This document shows, one piece after another, positions 62,773 to 64,000 of a stretch of 64,000 nt of DNA (its first letter is position 1; each line of letters begins with the position of its first letter). Both the position numbers and the translations under genes were made by a program. Below the pieces are notes generated by a model. That model was given only the letters and a program-made list of their open reading frames with translations, ran no database searches and had not been told where the DNA came from. The DNA lies in assembly GCA_963717465.1 (NCBI GenBank), contig OY970340.1, positions 384,001 through 448,000 of the forward strand, in the 5' to 3' direction. This DNA is from Candidatus Bathyarchaeota archaeon. GTDB taxonomy: Archaea; Thermoproteota; Bathyarchaeia; Bathyarchaeales; Bathycorpusculaceae.

Positions 62773-63183
62773 ATGGATGAGACTGACAAGAAAATAATTA
62801 AGCTACTCAAAGATGACGGAAGAGCAGGCTACGGTGAAATCGGAGCCAAGGTTGACTTAACTGAAGGAGCCGTTAGAAAAAGAATAAAGACGTTAATCGA
62901 TGATGGAATCATAAGAAAATTCACGGTTAAGATGGGAATTACAGAAGGCGCTGAAGCCATAACTCTGCTCGCTATAAACCCCGCGTTTCCAACTCAAGAA
63001 GTCTCAAAAAGAATACAGGCCATTCCGAACGTTGAAACAACCTACGAAGTAACGGGCGAATACGACATTGTAGCAGTCATAGGTGGAATGAACGTGGTAG
63101 AAGTAAACGAGTGCATAGAAAAAATCCGCCATGTCGAAGGCATAATGAAAACAAACACCATGATCGTACTACGCAGCTGGTAA
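62773..63183 (+). CDS. Lrp/AsnC family regulator, LysM-like
   Basis: EGAVRKRIK HTH; PTQEVSKRI, YEVTGEYDI and TNT.I.LR.W resemble Sulfolobus LysM as I recall it. Confidence 0.88.
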   Translation: MDETDKKIIKLLKDDGRAGYGEIGAKVDLTEGAVRKRIKTLIDDGIIRKFTVKMGITEGAEAITLLAINPAFPTQEVSKRIQAIPNVETTYEVTGEYDIVAVIGGMNVVEVNECIEKIRHVEGIMKTNTMIVLRSW

Positions 63184-63292
63184 AAATGTCATTATTCAGA
63201 GATTAGTTAATTAACTGTTAATTTAATTTCCATCGATTAGCATTTTTATGGTTAAGATTGCTGACCAAAATCAGTCGAATACTTCTCCCTTT

Positions 63293-63653
63293 TTAGGCTG
63301 GCGGTGCTTCTTTGTCCATTTGTTGAAGCAACTGCTTAATTGAATCTTTGAGAGGCGGTATATCTTCTTTTACAGCCTTCCAAAGAACCTGCGGATTTAC
63401 GCCAAAATATTCATGAATTAGCTTATCACGAGTACCAGCGATCATTTTCCAAGGGATCTGAGGATATTTTTCCTTGGTTTCAAACGAGATACGCTTCGTT
63501 GCCTCACCGATAATCTCAAAGTTTCGTACTACTGCATCAATTGTTTTATCATCTTCCGAAAACTCTGCAAAAGTAAGACCTTCAACGTATTTTTCTATTT
63601 TTTGATAGCATCAAAATATCATCCAGATATAAACGAGCGTCTCTTTTAAACAT
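63293..63653 (-). CDS. HEPN (DUF86/HepT-like) toxin (frameshift near 63612; absent from ORF track)
   Basis: YLDDI, DAVVRNFEIIGEA, IPWKMIAGTRDKLIHEYFGV with Rx4H motif; overlaps the MNT gene stop. Confidence 0.88.
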
Positions 63654-63936
63654 AAATCGCCTCGTTTAATATCCTATCCTTTATTCTAGGCTTGAGAGCA
63701 TCCCGCATAACCAAATCAACCTTAACACCAAGCTGCTGGCTCAAAAAATCTTCAAGCTCTACGAATTTGAAGAGACTAATGGGTTCATAAAAATCAACGA
63801 GAACATCAAGGTCACTTGTGCTATCTTGTTCGCCCCGCACATAAGAACCGAAAAGACCGATATTCTTCACTTTGTAGTTTTGTTTTAATTTTGGTTTGAG
63901 TAATTCAAGTTTATTTTTTAAATCGTTAAGACTCAT
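63646..63936 (-). CDS. Minimal nucleotidyltransferase (MNT) antitoxin
   Basis: GLFGSYVRGEQ...SDLDVLV, KVDLV. Confidence 0.92.
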   Translation of the reverse strand: MSLNDLKNKLELLKPKLKQNYKVKNIGLFGSYVRGEQDSTSDLDVLVDFYEPISLFKFVELEDFLSQQLGVKVDLVMRDALKPRIKDRILNEAIYV

Positions 63937-64000
63937 ACAAGAACAGAATATGAGTTATCGATTATATTTAGTTTTTACCTTTACTATCTTGAGTAGAAAG

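Noticed and set aside
1..64000. CRISPR array, rRNA, integrase or transposase
   Set aside because: No regularly spaced repeats, rRNA-like sequence or recombinase motifs were seen.

Overview
This is an archaeal chromosomal window; gene content and protein style suggest Bathyarchaeia, which is my inference. Amino-acid biosynthesis dominates: the DapL-type DAP lysine pathway (asd, lysA, dapF, dapL), thrB-thrC-hom-lysC, argG-argH-carA-carB, a LysW-carrier operon (lysW, X, Y, Z, J, K) and a DUF39/NIL-ferredoxin/UPF0280 homocysteine cluster. It also holds larBCE, hypA with an ATPase-type HypB, rtcB, archease, adk, aIF2-alpha, an Mtd-type dehydrogenase, two orphan PAS histidine kinases and an MNT-HEPN toxin-antitoxin pair. 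Many conserved genes are split by 1-nt indels, often in homopolymers, most likely long-read errors. The best non-obvious signals are three. (1) A two-box 58-bp element (42/58 identical, ungapped) sits at the TATA of both the argG and lysW operons, and the argG copy is shared with a divergent HTH-like+ACT gene, suggesting an undescribed arginine regulon. (2) An integrase-less island of five GNAT genes and a CPBP protease follows tRNA-Gly(TCC), punctuated by two decayed copies of the tRNA 3' end. (3) There are several further candidate operators, microproteins and a possible small RNA.
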